DNA from: an uncultured Gemmatimonadaceae bacterium
Lineage (GTDB): Bacteria; Gemmatimonadota; Gemmatimonadetes; Gemmatimonadales; Gemmatimonadaceae
Assembly (NCBI GenBank): GCA_963829055.1
Contig: CAWHHI010000011.1
Coordinates: forward strand, 576,001 to 640,000
Length of the DNA stretch: 64,000 nucleotides
Direction: 5' to 3'
Shown: one piece after another, positions 60,651 to 64,000 of the stretch
Layout of the letters: every line of letters starts with the position of its first letter
Position numbering within the stretch: the stretch's first letter is position 1
Made by a program: the position numbers and the translations under genes
The notes under the pieces: generated by a model
What the model saw: only the letters and a program-made list of their open reading frames with translations
Told to the model about the DNA's origin: nothing
The model's database searches: none

Positions 60651-62801
60651 CTATCGCCCCACAGAGATCGTCATTCCCGCATAGACGGTCCGCCCAGGCG
60701 AGGGCTCGAAGTAGCGGCCAGCCGCAGCATTCACCACGATCGACCCCGCATACGCGCGGTCGAACAGATTCGACACACCGAACACCGGCACCAGCGCCAT
60801 CCCCGCAACCGTCACACGCCCACCGATCCGCGCGTTCGCCACCTCCCAACCACCCGCGCGCAGCGTGTTCGCGTCGTCCATGAACATCCCGCCCGCTGTC
60901 TGTCCTTCCACCGTCCCGAACCAGCCGCGCCAGTTGTACGTCACGTAGCCTTGCAACTGCTGGTTAGGCACGCCCGGAATCGTGTTCCCACTGAAGTCGT
61001 TCGCGCCGACGGTGTAGTCCTCGAACGCGAAGTCCGAATAGCTGTACGACGCACCGATCGTCGTCGCGCCTAACGCCGATGCCAGGCCCAGCTCGCCGCC
61101 GCGCCGCCGCGTCGACCCCGCGTTCCGGAAGTACCGCCGCCCCGCCCCGCCCGGCACCTCGAATGGAATGAGCTCGTCCCTGACGCGCGTCGCGAACAGC
61201 GCCGCGTCATAGCGCAGTCTACCGAACGCTACTCCTTTCACCCCCGCCTCGAACGTGGTCGCGTACTGCGGGTCGAGCGTCGGGTTGATCCCCGCGGAGC
61301 CATCGGGCTTGTTCGCGAGCTCCGTCGCCGTCGGCGTCTCGAACGCGGTCGAGAGGTTCGCGTACACGGAGTGCAGCGCGCCGACGCGCGCGACGAGGCC
61401 GACCAGCGGGCTCACCGCGTGCAGCGTGCGCTCGCCCGAGTCGTCCGGATTCGTCGCCGTGATGAGGTGATCGCCGACCCGGAACTGCACGTAGTCGGCG
61501 CGCACGCCTAACGTCAGACGGTAGCGGTCCGAGAATGCGATCTCGTCCCGCACGAACGGCCCGAGCCCCGAGACCCGCTCACGCTGGTCGAGCTGCACCA
61601 CGCCGCGCTCACGCGAGACGACGGGACACGCCGCCGTCGGCTGCGTGAGCGGCGGCACGAAGTTGCAGTTCGCGAAGTTCTTGCGCTCGTCGTCCTGAAA
61701 CTGCGCGTCCATGCCCGCACTCACACGATGGTCGAGCCCGAGGAAGCGAACCGGAACGGTCACGCGCGCGTTTGCACCGGACGTCGTGCGGTCGACATCC
61801 ACGATCGCGAACGTGAGCGGATTGTCGAGCGTGCGCCAACCGAAGTGCGCCGCGGCGGACCACTCCACCCCGCTCGACGAGCGTCGGTTCGCGGTCAGGC
61901 CGAGCTGCGACTGCTGCACCGCCTTGCGCGTCGCCTTCCGGATCTGCGCCGGATCCGCCTGACGCGGATCACTCTTCATCTCGGCCGCCGTGAGCGCGCC
62001 CGGATTCTCCGCCGTCGGCGTGTCGTACCCGGTGTACGTGAGCGCGAGATCGCCGGCCTCGCCCGACAGCATCGCCCGCGCCGTCCCACTCGTGGATTGT
62101 TGCCGAGCGTAGAGGCGGTACCCGTCCTGGTCGGTGCGCGAGAGGTCACCCTGGTACTGAATCGCACCCGCCGTCCCACCGGCAGCGCCCGCCCAACGCT
62201 TCAGGCCATACGAACCGCCAGTCCCCGTCACACGACCCGCGATCGCGTCAGATGGCGGATCCGCCGTGCGAACCTCGACGACTCCGCCCGCCGCGTTTCC
62301 GTACAGAGAGCCCGCGCTCCCACGAATGACCTCGATGCTCCCAACCGACTCGAGATCGAGGTAGTCGATGGGCGTCTGCCCATCGGGTAGCGTGAGCGGA
62401 ATGCCGTCGCGCACCACCCGAACGCCGCGCACGCCGAACGCCGATCGCGCGCCGAAGCCTCGGATGGAGATGCGCGGGTCCTGCGTGGGGTTGCTCCGGT
62501 TGGCAACGGCGAGGCCCGGGATCGCCAGCAGCATCTCGTCGAACGAGACATGACGGAGAGACGGTCGGCCACTGTCCGGCACAATCCGCGAGATCGCGTA
62601 CGGGAGGTCGAGCGTCGGGCGCGCGGCGTCACGCGTGACGGTGACCTGCACGGGCGGCAGCGTCGACGGCCGCGGTCTGGGCGGCGTGGTGTCTTGCTGT
62701 GCGTCGAGGCGGTGCGTGATGCCGACACTCATCGACGCAACACACAGCGCGGTGATGTTGAGCCCCGTGAACCTTCGACCCGCGAACGTCTGTATCGGCA
62801 C
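60651..62801 (-). CDS. TonB-dependent receptor, YncD/PqqU-like
   Basis: QDPRISIRGFGARSAFGVRGVRVVRDGIPLTLPDGQ, EVIRG..SLYGNAAGGV, FETPTATEL, YFEPSPGR; start uncertain. Confidence 0.85.
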   Translation of the reverse strand: MPIQTFAGRRFTGLNITALCVASMSVGITHRLDAQQDTTPPRPRPSTLPPVQVTVTRDAARPTLDLPYAISRIVPDSGRPSLRHVSFDEMLLAIPGLAVANRSNPTQDPRISIRGFGARSAFGVRGVRVVRDGIPLTLPDGQTPIDYLDLESVGSIEVIRGSAGSLYGNAAGGVVEVRTADPPSDAIAGRVTGTGGSYGLKRWAGAAGGTAGAIQYQGDLSRTDQDGYRLYARQQSTSGTARAMLSGEAGDLALTYTGYDTPTAENPGALTAAEMKSDPRQADPAQIRKATRKAVQQSQLGLTANRRSSSGVEWSAAAHFGWRTLDNPLTFAIVDVDRTTSGANARVTVPVRFLGLDHRVSAGMDAQFQDDERKNFANCNFVPPLTQPTAACPVVSRERGVVQLDQRERVSGLGPFVRDEIAFSDRYRLTLGVRADYVQFRVGDHLITATNPDDSGERTLHAVSPLVGLVARVGALHSVYANLSTAFETPTATELANKPDGSAGINPTLDPQYATTFEAGVKGVAFGRLRYDAALFATRVRDELIPFEVPGGAGRRYFRNAGSTRRRGGELGLASALGATTIGASYSYSDFAFEDYTVGANDFSGNTIPGVPNQQLQGYVTYNWRGWFGTVEGQTAGGMFMDDANTLRAGGWEVANARIGGRVTVAGMALVPVFGVSNLFDRAYAGSIVVNAAAGRYFEPSPGRTVYAGMTISVGR

Positions 62802-63100
62802 GCGATGCCTTGATACTGGTGCAGTGGTATGTCCGCCGAGCACCGATTCCGAACGTTTCTCGACACGTGTTCGAATCGTGTTCAACGCGGGTTCGAGCGC
62901 CGGCGAAGCTGCAGGCGGTCTCGGACCCGTGCAACCCCTGTGCAACCCTGATGCTGGATTGCGGCGGCCGCGCAACTCGGGCTACCCACAGTGTTCAGTG
63001 CGTTCGCCAGGCGCTACAGTATCGAAGTTGCCGTCGCTCACTTTCACCTGTCCGGCCGCGCGCAGCGTGGCAACGCCGGCCCGTACACGCGGAGAACTCG

Positions 63101-63409
63101 ATGACGAATCCTCGCCCACCACGGAAGCACGTGATCACGCACGAAGAAGCGGTCGCACAGCTGAGCCGCCGTCCGAAGGAGCTGAAAGAGCGAGGCGGTC
63201 ACTTTCCTCGCGAAGCCATCGAGCAGATCCTCGCGCAGCCGGGTTGCGCCAGCATTCGCTTCTACTTCGGGACCAAGACAGACGGTTCCCTGGCGGTCGT
63301 GATGGTCGGTATGGACGAGAACGAGAAAGACATGACCGCCGGCGTCATCATCGAGGATCACTATCCCTGCCCACCATTCTGCGACGCGACGAGCAGCCTG
63401 ATTCGGTAG
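63101..63409 (+). CDS. Small hypothetical protein with IRFYFG and C-terminal CPPFC motifs
   Basis: GGAG RBS, ATG 63101, 102 aa. Confidence 0.8.
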   Translation: MTNPRPPRKHVITHEEAVAQLSRRPKELKERGGHFPREAIEQILAQPGCASIRFYFGTKTDGSLAVVMVGMDENEKDMTAGVIIEDHYPCPPFCDATSSLIR

Positions 63410-63410
63410 C

Positions 63411-64000
63411 ATGGGCAGTAGACTGCTCGCATTCGTTGTAGACGTGGCGCAGATCGCTTCCGCTGACGGCGCACACCGCTCATCCTCCACGCTGCTGCGT
63501 TATCCCAGGCACTGCCGGTTCTCGCGGGGCTTCGTCATGGTCGGCGACTTCCGGCAGCGCGATTGCTGGACCATCGCGTGGTGCGTGGCGCTCATGGTCG
63601 GCGACGGCGCGCAGCTCTGGTGGCGAGGTGGCGAGCGGCACGAACAATCTCTGGCTTCAGGCAGCTGGCAACTCCGCTTCAGAACGCGATCATGCTGTGG
63701 ACGTTGTCGCTCTGGCAGCGTCACGCGGTGTCGCGACTCGCCTTTCGCATCGCAATTCCGCTGTTCCTCGTCACCGTCCTGGCGCTCATCCCGACCGTCA
63801 GCGACACGTCGGACGTTCGATACCGTCACCGACCGTTTCAGGCGTTGGTCCTTCTCGCGGGCGCGTTGTATACGCTCGTACGGAACGCGGCGAGCGAACC
63901 GGGCGACGTCACACGCCAGGACTGGTTCTGGATCACGCTCGGCACATCGCTGTACTTCGCGATGCGCGTCGCGCTACCGCCGTTCGCTGCGATCCTGATG
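63411..64000 (+). CDS. Multi-pass membrane protein (several frameshifts; runs off the right edge)
   Basis: Segments pieced across frames: LSQALPVLAG, WTIAWCVALMVGD, TNNLWL, AIMLWTLSLWQ, RIAIPLFLVTVLAL, FQALVLLAGALYTL, DWFWITLGTSLYF. Confidence 0.65.

Noticed and set aside
219..61512. GTTAGG(C) as a telomere-like repeat or a Chi/KOPS site
   Set aside because: Never tandem, so not telomeric; near-equal counts on both strands (34 vs 33) argue against replication-oriented Chi/KOPS in this window.

Overview
High-GC bacterial chromosomal segment. Gene content suggests Gemmatimonadota (inference). It is probably a long-read assembly, since more than 15 otherwise intact genes carry single-base frameshifts. 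About 55 CDS; I recognised no rRNA, tRNA, CRISPR array, transposase or integrase. Main blocks: (1) an ECF sigma / anti-sigma / three exported HEAT-repeat protein operon; (2) an osmoprotectant ABC transporter; (3) a cupredoxin - putative OM protein - cytochrome c-like lipoprotein - YceI operon beside a LytS/LytTR pair; (4) BlaI/BlaR1-like genes; (5) a lanthanide-type (D-x-D) XoxF-like PQQ dehydrogenase operon continuing into caa3-type oxidase genes; (6) two TonB-dependent receptor-like genes, one with a Spy/CpxP-like LTxxQ tail and one YncD/PqqU-like; (7) two HtrA-like proteases with a pseudo-receiver LuxR regulator; (8) at the right edge, a small CPPxC protein plus a multi-pass membrane protein. 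Three non-coding signals stand out. The non-palindromic motif (G)CCTAAC(G)/(C)GTTAGG(C) occurs about once per kb on both strands (67 copies counted by eye) and imposes rare codons. A shared AAC-N18-GTC ECF-type promoter precedes four transcription units. At least three families of nested palindromic intergenic repeats are present.
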